Shown here piece by piece: positions 1 to 9,599 of a DNA stretch of 32,778 bases. The stretch is from Opitutales bacterium (GTDB lineage: Bacteria; Verrucomicrobiota; Verrucomicrobiia; Opitutales; Coraliomargaritaceae): NCBI GenBank assembly GCA_049598495.1, contig JBMYNR010000016.1, positions 1 through 32,778 of the forward strand. Direction: 5' to 3'. The notes under the pieces were generated by a model that saw only the letters and a program-made list of their open reading frames with translations, ran no database searches and was not told where the DNA came from. A program made the position numbers and the translations under genes. Each line of letters starts with the position of its first letter. The first letter of the stretch is position 1.

Positions 1-2
1 CC

Positions 3-704
3 GATAGCGACGGTGACGGCTACGGAGACTATTTCGAGTTTACCCACGCCACCGAAATCAATTCCGCGACCGACACCGACAGCAACGACATCCCCGATGG
101 AGTGGAAACCTACTACGATATGGATCCCGCAATCAACGTTGATACGGATGCAGACGGTCTGCCCGATGACTACGAAACCGCCTTCGGCCTGACGGATCCG
201 GCTGCAGATGCCGATAACGACGGCCTGAGCAATCTTCAGGAATACCAACTCGGCACCCGGCCCGATTATTTTGACACCGACGGCGACCTACTCCCTGATG
301 GTTGGGAAGTGGAATACCGTCTCGATTTGCTCACAATAAACTCGATTGACAGCGATCCCGATGGCGACGGGCTCGATCTCTTCGATGAATATCTCAACGG
401 CACCGATCCCTTTACTGCGGACAGTGACGGCGACGGCACCCTCGATGGCGCTGAGGTCACTCAGGGCAGTGATCCGGGCAACCACGTTGATGGAGGTCAT
501 CCACCCGCACCTGAAACGACGCAGGAGGTGGAATTTGCGGTGGGTGATCCCAGCGGCAGCCATTCGGAACGTTGGGAGATGACGATTACCGGCCTCGGAC
601 CGGATACTCGTGTGATGCGACTCTCGAACCGTAAATTCGGCACCATGACCCCGAATACAGCCTATACATTGCTGGATAACCTAGGTTATCTTTCGCACAT
701 TTGA
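3..704 (+). CDS. Acidic Ca-binding repeat protein (bacterial thrombospondin type-3-like DxDxDG repeats); 5' end outside window, 3' end possibly truncated
   Basis: Frame is open from position 3 (DSDGDGYGDYFE...DTDSNDIPDGVE) into ORF 102..704. Repeats seen: DTDADGLPDDYE, DADNDGLSNLQEYQLGTRP, DTDGDLLPDGWE, DPDGDGLDLFDEYLNGTDP, DSDGDGTLDGAE. Confidence 0.75.
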   Translation, partial: DSDGDGYGDYFEFTHATEINSATDTDSNDIPDGVETYYDMDPAINVDTDADGLPDDYETAFGLTDPAADADNDGLSNLQEYQLGTRPDYFDTDGDLLPDGWEVEYRLDLLTINSIDSDPDGDGLDLFDEYLNGTDPFTADSDGDGTLDGAEVTQGSDPGNHVDGGHPPAPETTQEVEFAVGDPSGSHSERWEMTITGLGPDTRVMRLSNRKFGTMTPNTAYTLLDNLGYLSHI

Positions 705-795
705 TTTGAGTGTGCTCAGGAAGGTTCTGAAAAGGAACCAAAACCAATGAGTAAAGAAGATAGATTCTTCGCTTGGATGAGGTGCGGTTCCGGGA

Positions 796-1662
796 TCAAT
801 CGTCCAACCCGGACCACCAGTCGTCTGACTTGCGAAGTTCCAGAGGGCGATGGCCGGCATCGCGTAACTCGCGGAGTGTGAGTGAGCGATTACGCTTGGC
901 TAGGCGTTGCCCCGATGGATCGCAGAGTAGGGGAGTGTGGTAAAACTTGGGTGCTTGTAGACCTAGTGCCTCGTAGATCAACAACTGCCGGGCGGTCGAA
1001 ATGAGGAGGTCTTCGCCTCGCACAACTTCGCTGATTTCCATGGCGGCATCGTCAACGACGACAGCGAGTTCATAGGCGGGCACGCCATCCTTCCGCCAGA
1101 CGAGGAAGTCGCCAAAATCGCGAAGGCATTCGAAGGAGCAGGGACCAAGGCGGACATCGTCAAACTGAATCTTGCGGTCGTCGGGAACGCGAAAGCGCCA
1201 ATTCGTTTCGCCCGGCGTCTCGGCTGCTTTACCCAATCCCAGAGCTGGGCGCCAATGTTCCGGGTAGATCGTTTCACCCTGTTCTTCGTCTGTGTGAGGT
1301 GCGGTTGTCGCACGCGCGACATCTCTCCGGGATTTGTCGCAGGGATAAATGTAACCCGCTTCTTTAAGAGAGCGCCATGCCTTTAAGAAGTGATCATGGC
1401 GTTCGCTCTGTCGGTAGGGGCCGGAGGGGCCGCCTATATCGGGCCCCTCCTGCCAGTCACATCCGAACCATCGCAAGTCCTCAAGCGCAGCTTCGGCGTA
1501 TTCTGGTTGGCAACGTTGCGGGTCGATATCTTCATCGCGCAAAATAAGTGTGCCCCCCGCTTCCTTGGCGCGTTCCATGGCGATCCAGAAAGTACGCGCA
1601 TGACCGAGGTGCAGGTAGCCCGTAGGGGTCGGAGCGATACGTCCACGGTAGGTCGTTGGCAT
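796..1662 (-). CDS. gluQ: Glutamyl-Q tRNA(Asp) synthetase (GluRS catalytic-domain paralog)
   Basis: RIAPTPTGYLHLGH (HIGH), LRDEDID, YRQSER, GDFLVWRKDG..YELAVVVDD, VVRGEDL, RLAKR; 288 aa with no anticodon-binding domain. Confidence 0.9.
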   Translation of the reverse strand: MPTTYRGRIAPTPTGYLHLGHARTFWIAMERAKEAGGTLILRDEDIDPQRCQPEYAEAALEDLRWFGCDWQEGPDIGGPSGPYRQSERHDHFLKAWRSLKEAGYIYPCDKSRRDVARATTAPHTDEEQGETIYPEHWRPALGLGKAAETPGETNWRFRVPDDRKIQFDDVRLGPCSFECLRDFGDFLVWRKDGVPAYELAVVVDDAAMEISEVVRGEDLLISTARQLLIYEALGLQAPKFYHTPLLCDPSGQRLAKRNRSLTLRELRDAGHRPLELRKSDDWWSGLDD

Positions 1663-1836
1663 TGAGTGCAGTGTAGCCCGACTTTCTTTGCTGATGCAAG
1701 CATGGCTTACAGCTCCGTGCTTTCTCCTTGATCTTCAAAGAAATGCAGACACTTTCTGCGTCTTCTGATTGGTCTCCACCAATCGTTCTTGGACCCGGAT
1801 GCGCGAGTTGGCCGGGCATTTCACCCACCGCTAGCT

Positions 1837-3051
1837 ATGACGTTTCACGAACTTGGGCTCGACGAGTCTATTCTTAAATCCATCGACGAATTCGGTTTCA
1901 AAGAGCCGACTCCTATTCAGGCGGGCGCGATTCCGCACATCATTCAGGGTAAGGATGTCATCGGTTCAGCCCAGACCGGGACCGGAAAAACCGCGGCCTA
2001 CGCTTTGCCGATTCTGCATCGCCTTGGAGGCCATCGCAAGGGTGCTGCGCCCCGCTGTCTCATCCTTGGGCCAACCCGTGAGTTGGCCGCTCAGGTTGAA
2101 GACCAGTTCAACTCCTATGGTAAATATTGTGCGCCAAAGTGCTGTCTCATCCACGGTGGTGTCGGTTATGGCAAGCAGATCGAAGCCATCGAGGCGGGTG
2201 CGGATGTTGTCATTGCGACGCCGGGGCGCCTGCTCGACCATATTCAGCAAAAGAATTTCGACCTGCGTTCCATAGAAGTGCTTGTTCTGGATGAGGTCGA
2301 TCGGATGCTCGACATGGGCTTCATCGATGATGTGCAGCGGATTATCAAGCTCTGCAATCGAGAGCGCCAGACTCTGCTCTTTTCGGCCACCGTCTCTGAT
2401 GAAATCAAGCGGCTCGTGGCCAAGAGTCTCAAGAATCCGGTTGAAGTGACAATCGGGATCAAACTGACTCCGGCGGAAACCGTGAAGCATGTCATTTACC
2501 CGGTCGGTGCCATGCAAAAGTTCGATCTCCTGATTGCCCTAATCGAACGCATGGAGATCGATAGCATGATTATTTTCTGCCGTATGAAAGTGGGTGCCGA
2601 TCGGATTACTCGCTGGCTCAAGGAGCGCGGTTTGAGTTGCGAAGCAATGCATTCTAACCTTCCGCAGAAGGCACGAACCAAAGCCTTGGCTAAGTTCAAG
2701 GAAGGGGAGATTAAGATTCTTGTCGCGACAGACATTGCCTCGCGCGGACTCGATATCGCGAACGTCACTCACGTGATTAATTATGATGTCCCCGAGCATG
2801 CGGAAGATTATGTGCACCGCATCGGCCGCACAGGCCGTGCCCAGCGCGAGGGGGACGCGGCGACCATCGTTGCCCCCGATGAGCAGCCCAAGTTGGACGC
2901 GATCGAGAAATTTATTGATCAACAGATTCCGCAACTCAAGCTAGAGGACTTCAATTACTTTCACGAACCGATCATTCGCAGTTCGACGGCCGAAAAGCCA
3001 CGACGGCGCAAGCGCAACTCGGCATCGAGTCGATTCGGTCGCCGCCGATAA
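1837..3051 (+). CDS. DEAD-box RNA helicase (RhlE-like)
   Basis: Q motif PTPIQ, AQTGTGKT, PTRELA, TPGRLLD, DEVD, SAT, RGLDI, HRIGRTGR, basic C-terminal tail. ATG 1837 (MTFHELGL) chosen as start. Confidence 0.95.
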   Translation: MTFHELGLDESILKSIDEFGFKEPTPIQAGAIPHIIQGKDVIGSAQTGTGKTAAYALPILHRLGGHRKGAAPRCLILGPTRELAAQVEDQFNSYGKYCAPKCCLIHGGVGYGKQIEAIEAGADVVIATPGRLLDHIQQKNFDLRSIEVLVLDEVDRMLDMGFIDDVQRIIKLCNRERQTLLFSATVSDEIKRLVAKSLKNPVEVTIGIKLTPAETVKHVIYPVGAMQKFDLLIALIERMEIDSMIIFCRMKVGADRITRWLKERGLSCEAMHSNLPQKARTKALAKFKEGEIKILVATDIASRGLDIANVTHVINYDVPEHAEDYVHRIGRTGRAQREGDAATIVAPDEQPKLDAIEKFIDQQIPQLKLEDFNYFHEPIIRSSTAEKPRRRKRNSASSRFGRRR

Positions 3052-3797
3052 TGAATCTGATCCTTTTTGATTCGCCCTTTGAGACGAAGCGCCTGGAAGC
3101 AGGTGATTCGAGAGCGAGACATCTTTTCAAGGTTCTGCGCGCTCGTGTGGGCACCAAGGTGTTTGTTGGTTTTGCCAACGGTCCGAGGGCTCGGGCGGAG
3201 GTCTCGCTCGTGGAGCCCGATGGAGCGATCACCCTTAAGATCCTCGGGATGGAGCCTGCGCCGAAGCCGCTACCTGTCCGACTATTGATTGGCCTGCCTC
3301 GGCCGCATACGGCGAAACGAATCCTATTTGAAGCGGCCAGTATGGGTGTGGCCGCTCTGCATTTTTTTGAGTCTGAGCGGGGCGAACCGTCCTACGCGCA
3401 AAGCGGTCTTTGGAAGACGAATGAGTGGAAGGAGCGTCTTTGGCTCGGAGTGGAGCAATCCTTTGGAACCCATCTACCTGAGGTGGGGATGCACACCGAT
3501 TTGCAGTCTGCGATTACCCACCTCGATGAGAGTGAGGTTCGTCTAGTGCTCGATAACTATGAAACGGAAGTGGCGTTGCCAGTCCACATTCCCGAAGGTG
3601 CCGCATCGGTGGTCCTTGCGCTGGGTTCAGAGCGGGGATGGTCGCCTGGCGAGCGCGATATCTTCCGAAAGAATGGCTGGAAGCTTGCGCACCTCGGTCA
3701 TCATGTTCTCCGAGTTGAGACGGCCTGTGTCGCGGCTGTATCTGTTGCTGCCGCGAATTTGAATGCCTGGAAGGAACCGACTCAGAGTGCTCTCTAG
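3051..3797 (+). CDS. rsmE: 16S rRNA m3U1498 methyltransferase RsmE family (SPOUT)
   Basis: HLFKVLR N-terminus, LGSERGWS and LGHHVLRVETA SPOUT motifs; TAATG stop/start overlap with the helicase. Confidence 0.88.
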   Translation: MNLILFDSPFETKRLEAGDSRARHLFKVLRARVGTKVFVGFANGPRARAEVSLVEPDGAITLKILGMEPAPKPLPVRLLIGLPRPHTAKRILFEAASMGVAALHFFESERGEPSYAQSGLWKTNEWKERLWLGVEQSFGTHLPEVGMHTDLQSAITHLDESEVRLVLDNYETEVALPVHIPEGAASVVLALGSERGWSPGERDIFRKNGWKLAHLGHHVLRVETACVAAVSVAAANLNAWKEPTQSAL

Positions 3798-3944
3798 TTC
3801 CCGCCCTGCCGGAGGTCGGTCGGTTCCAAAAAGTGAGCTGCCAACAGTTGGGTGAAGCGGTATTAGTCGCGTCGGCGGTGCTGGGATTCCGGTGAGTCTG
3901 AGGCGTCTGGTCGCCGACCTTGCTAGCGCAAGTTCGCTACGTCT

Positions 3945-3953
3945 TGTTATACT
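3945..3953 (+). promoter_or_regulatory. Candidate extended -10 promoter (TG-T-TATACT) for lnt
   Basis: tgttatact lies about 80 nt upstream of the lnt ATG; RBS caggag at 4025-4030. Confidence 0.4.
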
Positions 3954-4032
3954 GGCTTAAAAAAGTGGCCAGGGGAAAGGACATCTATTCAATTGAAATA
4001 GATGATCAGCAGGTCATACAAGCACAGGAGAC

Positions 4033-5607
4033 ATGAAACGAGTATCTGTATATTGGGGTCTTTTGGCTGGGTCGATCTCGGCCGTTCTCTGGGTCCTTTC
4101 GATTCCCCCTTTTGATTTCGCCGAAGCGGCTTACATCGCCTTTGTCCCCATTTTAATCTGGCTCCAGACCAACCCGGAGCGGCGCATGGTGTGGGCGATC
4201 GGCCTCGGGGTGGGTTGGGGTAGCTGGTTCGCGATTCTTGTCTGGCTCCGCCATGTCACCTGGTTTGGCACCATTATTCTCAGTGGTCTCCTCGGCCTGA
4301 TTTTTATCATTTGGCTGATGGCGGCTGCCAGATTGTTGCCCCGGCTCCTGCATTCCGGTTTGCTACTACGTATGATTGGCTTCTTCGGCTTGGCGGGCCT
4401 CTGGGTCGTGTTCGAATGGTCGCGCACATGGTTCCTTTGGGGCTTTCCCTGGGCGCCGCTTTCGCTGAGTCAGTGGGAGCGCCCTGTCGTGTTGCAGATT
4501 GCCGCTTGGACAGGTGCTTATGGGGTGTCTTTTTTGCTCATTTTTTTCAATCTGTGCGTGGCACAAACCCTGCGGCATCGTTTTGTGAAGAAGGAGCGCA
4601 AGATGTGGATGGGGTGGTCCAGTCCGGACCTCTATCTCGGCCTGGGCGGGCTTGGGGTCTGCATCTATATTTTTTTCGCCAGCTTGCCGGCAGTTCAATC
4701 AGCTCAGCAGATGTTTACCGCTGGCGTGGTGCAGCCCTACATCCCGCCTTCACTTAAGTGGGACCCTGAGTGTGAACTTCAAAACCTCGAAATTCTGGAA
4801 AAGCAGACCCGCTTCGTCGCCAGTATCGAAAGTGATCTGGTACTCTGGCCCGAAGCGGCTACGCCTTGGCCGATCGTGGGGACGCCGCAGATGCAGGCGC
4901 GTATCGAGCGGCTCGTGAATGAGATCGGGAAGCCCATCCTGATGGGGAACTTAGGGGAAGATGATGCATCCGACGAGTGGGTGAACGGGACCTTTCTGGT
5001 CGAGCCCGGGAGTGGTTTGTTGCCGCAGTCCTATGCGAAAAGAGAGTTGGTGCCTTTTGGTGAATATGTGCCTGACCCTTTTGGTTTTATGGACAAGATC
5101 GTGCCACTGGGCGGTAGTTTTGTGCCGGGCGAATCAGTCGGCTTGATTCCACTACAGATCGGCGAGACCCGCTATCAAGTAGGCTCTCTTGTCTGCTATG
5201 AAGATGTGTTTCCGAGCTTGGCACGGAAGACAGCCCGTGCCGGTGCGAATGTCTTTTTTGTAGCTACGAATAACGCCTGGTATGGAGAAGAGGGTGGCGC
5301 GGAGCAGCATGCGGCTCACTCTGTCTTGCGCGCGGTAGAGAATCGACGGCCCGTTATGCGAGTCGGCAATGGAGGCTGGAGTGGGTGGATCGACAGCTAC
5401 GGTACTGTTCGCGAGGTGCTTGTAGATGCCGCTGGTAGTATTTACTTCCGCGGTGGTGGCACCTACACGGTCTTTGAATTCGAGGAGTGGGAACGTCAGC
5501 AGAGCTACTACACCCGCCACGGTGACTGGTTTGTCGGTCTTTCGGCGATGGCGGCATTCCTAGCAGCAGTGCTTGGATTCCTTCGGGTGCCGGTTATCCA
5601 AAGCTGA
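4033..5607 (+). CDS. lnt: Apolipoprotein N-acyltransferase
   Basis: Multiple TM helices, GFPW, nitrilase-fold triad motifs WPEAA, KRELVPFGEY, VCYED, and RAVENRR. Confidence 0.95.
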   Translation: MKRVSVYWGLLAGSISAVLWVLSIPPFDFAEAAYIAFVPILIWLQTNPERRMVWAIGLGVGWGSWFAILVWLRHVTWFGTIILSGLLGLIFIIWLMAAARLLPRLLHSGLLLRMIGFFGLAGLWVVFEWSRTWFLWGFPWAPLSLSQWERPVVLQIAAWTGAYGVSFLLIFFNLCVAQTLRHRFVKKERKMWMGWSSPDLYLGLGGLGVCIYIFFASLPAVQSAQQMFTAGVVQPYIPPSLKWDPECELQNLEILEKQTRFVASIESDLVLWPEAATPWPIVGTPQMQARIERLVNEIGKPILMGNLGEDDASDEWVNGTFLVEPGSGLLPQSYAKRELVPFGEYVPDPFGFMDKIVPLGGSFVPGESVGLIPLQIGETRYQVGSLVCYEDVFPSLARKTARAGANVFFVATNNAWYGEEGGAEQHAAHSVLRAVENRRPVMRVGNGGWSGWIDSYGTVREVLVDAAGSIYFRGGGTYTVFEFEEWERQQSYYTRHGDWFVGLSAMAAFLAAVLGFLRVPVIQS

Positions 5608-6093
5608 TCACTCTGCCGCTTGTTCGCTAGATGCCTTCTCGGTGATTTTGGATGCGTTATCGATCAACTCGGTTTTGGCTTCCGCAAGGGCTGTGCGTAT
5701 TTCGGCCAGTCTGGCATTGTCAATCCCGCTCGGTTTGTTGCCTTCTTCCATTGCCCGGAAACGTTCTACGGTAGCCGTTCCCCGAGTCGATAGAGCATCT
5801 GCCAGCACCTTATCCAGGGTAGCTTTGGGTTCGTCTTTCAGCTTAAAAAACCACGCTTGCCGCTCAATGGCCGTCACCACAATGAGATTGTCAATGATTG
5901 CCTCTAGATGTCCTTGGGAATCTTCGTTCAACAAATGACTGTTCTGGGTATAGAAGTTCAAGTTGCTCTGTAGTTGCCCGGCTATCGCAAGCACACGGAG
6001 ATTATTTGCTCCATATTGAGCCCCGAAATTGAAAATAGCGATTGCCGCAAATACCAATGCAAGCGGGAGTAGCAGACCTTTGATTTTATCCAT
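5608..6093 (-). CDS. Hypothetical protein with N-terminal signal or TM anchor
   Basis: 161-aa ORF filling the gap between pyk and lnt; hydrophobic N-terminus followed by a helical charged region. Confidence 0.7.
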   Translation of the reverse strand: MDKIKGLLLPLALVFAAIAIFNFGAQYGANNLRVLAIAGQLQSNLNFYTQNSHLLNEDSQGHLEAIIDNLIVVTAIERQAWFFKLKDEPKATLDKVLADALSTRGTATVERFRAMEEGNKPSGIDNARLAEIRTALAEAKTELIDNASKITEKASSEQAAE

Positions 6094-6144
6094 AGGAGTG
6101 GGAGTTATTGGGGAATATTTGGTAGGGCTCTTACGAGCCGATCC

Positions 6145-7566
6145 TTATTCAATAGTGCGGATCTGAGTGCTGTCGATCAACTTCTCGCCTGCATACATCT
6201 TGGTAATGACAACGATCGGGTCGCCTTCCTCGCGCCAAGAGCCTCGTTTGAGTCGGTCGAAGGCACGCTGAATCGTGGTCTCATGGTCGTGGTCGAAATC
6301 CATATAGAAAGGCTCTACGCCGCGCATGATAAGCAACTGCTTAAACAAGAGCGGATTGTCTGTGAAAGCATAGATCGGGACATCCGGTCGGAGTGAGGCG
6401 AGTTTCTGCGCGAAGATGCCCCTTCGGGTAAACACAACAAGCGCGCCACCCAAGTCGTGCGCAAGAAAAGCGGCGGAACGGAGCATCTTCGAGCGTGGTA
6501 GGCGCATGATCAAATCCTTGCGCAGAACTTGTGTTTCCTCTTGCTCAATCCGGGTCGCAATACGCTGGATGGTCTCGACACATTCAACTGGGTATTTGCC
6601 TACGGTTGTCTCGCCTGAAAGCATCACGCAGTCGGCCTGCTCACGAATGGCATTGGCGATGTCAGTTACTTCTGCACGCGTTGGGATGGGCGACTCAATC
6701 ATGGATTCGAGCATATGCGTGGCAACAATTACGGGCTTGGTGTCCTGAATGCAGGCGTTGATAGCACGGGTTTGGATTACGGGGAGATCCTCGAAAGGAC
6801 ATTCGATTCCGAGGTCACCACGGGCGACCATGAGGCCGTCGGAGGCACGAATGATTCCGTCCAAATTCGTGATCGCCTGCTGATCCTCAATCTTGGCGAT
6901 GATCTTTGCTGTGCTGCCGTGATCTTCCAGATATGTATGAAACTCCTGAAGATCCTTCGGTTCCCGGACGAAGGAAAGGGCGAAGAAATCGATCCCCTCG
7001 GCGATGCCGACATCAACGTCACCCTGGTCTTTCTTTGTCAGGGCAGGCAGGTTCACGCGGATACCCGGCAAATTAATGTGGCGACGGTTGCCCATCGGGC
7101 CGGGGATGAGCACTTTACAGCGAACATGGCTGTCTCGAATTTGCAGGACCTGTAGGCGGATGAGGCCGCTGTCCACAAGGATCGTGTCGCCCTCGTTGAT
7201 GTCTTTTGAAAAACCAGGGTAGTTCACATCGACCCGGCGGATGCCGTCTTCCGTTCTACCGCCGATGCCTTCGCCGTAGGTGAAGTCAAAGACTTCGTCT
7301 TTTTCCAACTCAAAGACCTCGGGCACATCTCCTGTCCGGATCTCGGGCCCCTTTACATCCATGAGGATCGCGATATGACGCCCGAGTCGTTCGCAGACCT
7401 GGCGTATTCGGCGGATAATCGTGCGCGACCACTCGTGGTCGGCGTGCGCCATATTGATACGGCAGATGTCGACGCCTGCGTGGATCAATTTTTCGAGAGT
7501 CGCTTCGTCCTGAGTGGCGGGACCGATGGTAAAAATGATTTTCGTCTTATTGTTGGATTTTTTCAT
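6145..7566 (-). CDS. pyk: Pyruvate kinase
   Basis: [57 protein letters not shown]. Confidence 0.97.
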   Translation of the reverse strand: MKKSNNKTKIIFTIGPATQDEATLEKLIHAGVDICRINMAHADHEWSRTIIRRIRQVCERLGRHIAILMDVKGPEIRTGDVPEVFELEKDEVFDFTYGEGIGGRTEDGIRRVDVNYPGFSKDINEGDTILVDSGLIRLQVLQIRDSHVRCKVLIPGPMGNRRHINLPGIRVNLPALTKKDQGDVDVGIAEGIDFFALSFVREPKDLQEFHTYLEDHGSTAKIIAKIEDQQAITNLDGIIRASDGLMVARGDLGIECPFEDLPVIQTRAINACIQDTKPVIVATHMLESMIESPIPTRAEVTDIANAIREQADCVMLSGETTVGKYPVECVETIQRIATRIEQEETQVLRKDLIMRLPRSKMLRSAAFLAHDLGGALVVFTRRGIFAQKLASLRPDVPIYAFTDNPLLFKQLLIMRGVEPFYMDFDHDHETTIQRAFDRLKRGSWREEGDPIVVITKMYAGEKLIDSTQIRTIE

Positions 7567-7592
7567 AAGAAAATGCCTGTGAGGCTCGTTAG

Positions 7593-8381
7593 CTAAGCAT
7601 TTGCAATGCCGTATTCGGGATCGATCACGTCTATGGGTAGGCTACCTTTAAGCGAGGAAAATGTTTCCTGCACAAGTTCGACTTTATTACAGTCCTTGCT
7701 GAGGTGTGCCAGATAGACTTTTTCCAAGCGGCCGGTTTCACAGAGGTCGCGGATAACCTCAAGGGTTGCCTCGTTCGATAGGTGCCCGTGGCGGCCCCGG
7801 ATACGTTGCTTGGTCGACCAAGGGCGACGTTCATCCTTCTCGAGGAGTGCTTCGTCGTAGTTGGCCTCAATGACAAGGGTTTGGACTTGTCGGATATGCT
7901 GCCGCACATGCTCCGGAACATACCCCAGGTCGGTTACCCAAGCGAGGCTATGCGGAGGGGAAAATAGGTCACCTTCTTCACCCCAGTGGAATGAAAACCC
8001 GACGGGATCATAAGCATCATGAGGGAGGGCGAAGGAGTGCACGCGGAGATCTCGGAAATCGAAATCAGTGCCCGTCTGGAACACCTGCCAGTTGACCGGT
8101 TTTGTCAGTTTGGCCTGGACGGCATCGGCTGTGTCGCGGTTGGCGAAGACCGGCAGGTCGGCGCGCCTTGCTAGGCCGCGCATGCCTTGGGCGTGGTCAC
8201 TGTGCTCGTGCGTCAGAAAGACCGCATCGATGGAGTCGAGGGATTCGCCGATCGCTTCCAGAAGACGGCTAATTCGTTTTGCGGAGAAGCCGACGTCGAC
8301 GAGTATCTTAGTGTGTCCCGTATGTAGAAGAGCGCAATTCCCGCTGCTGCTGGAGCCCAAGATCTCAAAATTTGCCGACAT
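7593..8381 (-). CDS. Metallo-beta-lactamase-fold hydrolase (YycJ/WalJ-like nuclease)
   Basis: [37 protein letters not shown]. Start at ATG 8381 ([10 protein letters not shown]). Confidence 0.88.
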   Translation of the reverse strand: MSANFEILGSSSSGNCALLHTGHTKILVDVGFSAKRISRLLEAIGESLDSIDAVFLTHEHSDHAQGMRGLARRADLPVFANRDTADAVQAKLTKPVNWQVFQTGTDFDFRDLRVHSFALPHDAYDPVGFSFHWGEEGDLFSPPHSLAWVTDLGYVPEHVRQHIRQVQTLVIEANYDEALLEKDERRPWSTKQRIRGRHGHLSNEATLEVIRDLCETGRLEKVYLAHLSKDCNKVELVQETFSSLKGSLPIDVIDPEYGIANA

Positions 8382-8546
8382 GGAGCGTGAAACTGAGTGA
8401 TTCGATCGTGCTCGGCAAAGACTTTTTACACGCTTGCCAGATCGTAAATACACTCTTTAGCTCCTGCGCTCGCTTGAATGAAGGCAGGAGCTTGCGCTTT
8501 GTTGCTTCCGGGCTTTCTTATCAAGCGACTTAGTGAAAAACCACCC

Positions 8547-9527
8547 ATGAATCCCGATTCCAGTCATAACAAACCCGATCAGCTCGCTTCTGCCAAGGCG
8601 AAGCTCAGTAAGGTCTATGATCACGATTTTGTCCTTACGGATGAATACCGTGCGGCGCTGCCTGATATGCAGAATGCGGATTCGCAGCAAATCTACGGGG
8701 CGAATGTACCTATCTTGAAAGTGGGCATCTCCAATTTTCGGATTCCGCTACGCTTTATCACCCCTACTTCGGACACCTTGACACTGGAGACTTCCGTTAC
8801 GGGCACCGTTTCGCTGGAGACGAATCAAAAGGGCATTAATATGTCCCGGGTAATGCGTGTCTTTTACACCTATCAAGATCGGATTTTCACTCCCGACCTC
8901 TTGAGGGAGATCCTCCTTCAATATAAAGAAGAGATACGCGCCCATCGTGCCCAGTTGAAACTCAATTTCGAATACCCGATCATGAAGCCGAGCCTGCGCA
9001 GTGGTTTGGAGGGTTGGCAGTATTACCGTTGCGCTTTCGAAGGACGGATAGATGAGCTTAATAGGTTTCGAAAGTATATCCACTTTGACTTTATCTATTC
9101 CTCTGCCTGTCCCTGCTCCTCCGAGCTCTCGGAGCATGCGCGCGAAAGCCGTGAAGTCTATGGCATCCCCCATTCGCAACGAAGCACGGCCCGCGTCAGT
9201 GTTGAGGTTGCGGAAGCGGCCCATCTCAGCATCGAGCGTATTCAAGAGCTTTGCCTGGAAGCCTTGCAGACCGAGACTCAGGTCATGGTGAAGCGAGAAG
9301 ATGAACAAGCCTTTGCCGAAATGAACGGTGCTTTCACGAAGTTTGTCGAAGATGCTGCTCGTCTGCTTTATGAGCGACTCGATGAAGAGCCGAAGGTGAT
9401 CGATTTTCAGATCGCCTGCGCGCACTTGGAGTCTCTGCATTCGCACGATGCGGTGGCGGTCATCAACAAGGGTGTCCCGGGAGGCTTTACGGGGCATTTC
9501 GAGGACTTTAAGTCGCTAATCCGCTAG
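8547..9527 (+). CDS. folE2: GTP cyclohydrolase IB
   Basis: [48 protein letters not shown] 8547 chosen; upstream ATG 8478 is possible. Confidence 0.92.
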   Translation: MNPDSSHNKPDQLASAKAKLSKVYDHDFVLTDEYRAALPDMQNADSQQIYGANVPILKVGISNFRIPLRFITPTSDTLTLETSVTGTVSLETNQKGINMSRVMRVFYTYQDRIFTPDLLREILLQYKEEIRAHRAQLKLNFEYPIMKPSLRSGLEGWQYYRCAFEGRIDELNRFRKYIHFDFIYSSACPCSSELSEHARESREVYGIPHSQRSTARVSVEVAEAAHLSIERIQELCLEALQTETQVMVKREDEQAFAEMNGAFTKFVEDAARLLYERLDEEPKVIDFQIACAHLESLHSHDAVAVINKGVPGGFTGHFEDFKSLIR

Positions 9528-9599
9528 GCGAAATTTAAAGTCACATAGAATTCGGCTCAAGGCCTTGAATTGCCAGGGAACGTCGAGATACCTCGTCAC

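Noticed and set aside
1..480. CRISPR-like or DNA-level repeat array
   Set aside because: The repetition is at protein level (DxDxDG codons) with no identical nucleotide repeat-spacer pattern.
747..881. 44-codon ORF MSKEDRFFAW... with an RBS-like upstream sequence
   Set aside because: It mostly overlaps the gluQ 3' end on the opposite strand; kept only as a possible relic start within the junction finding.
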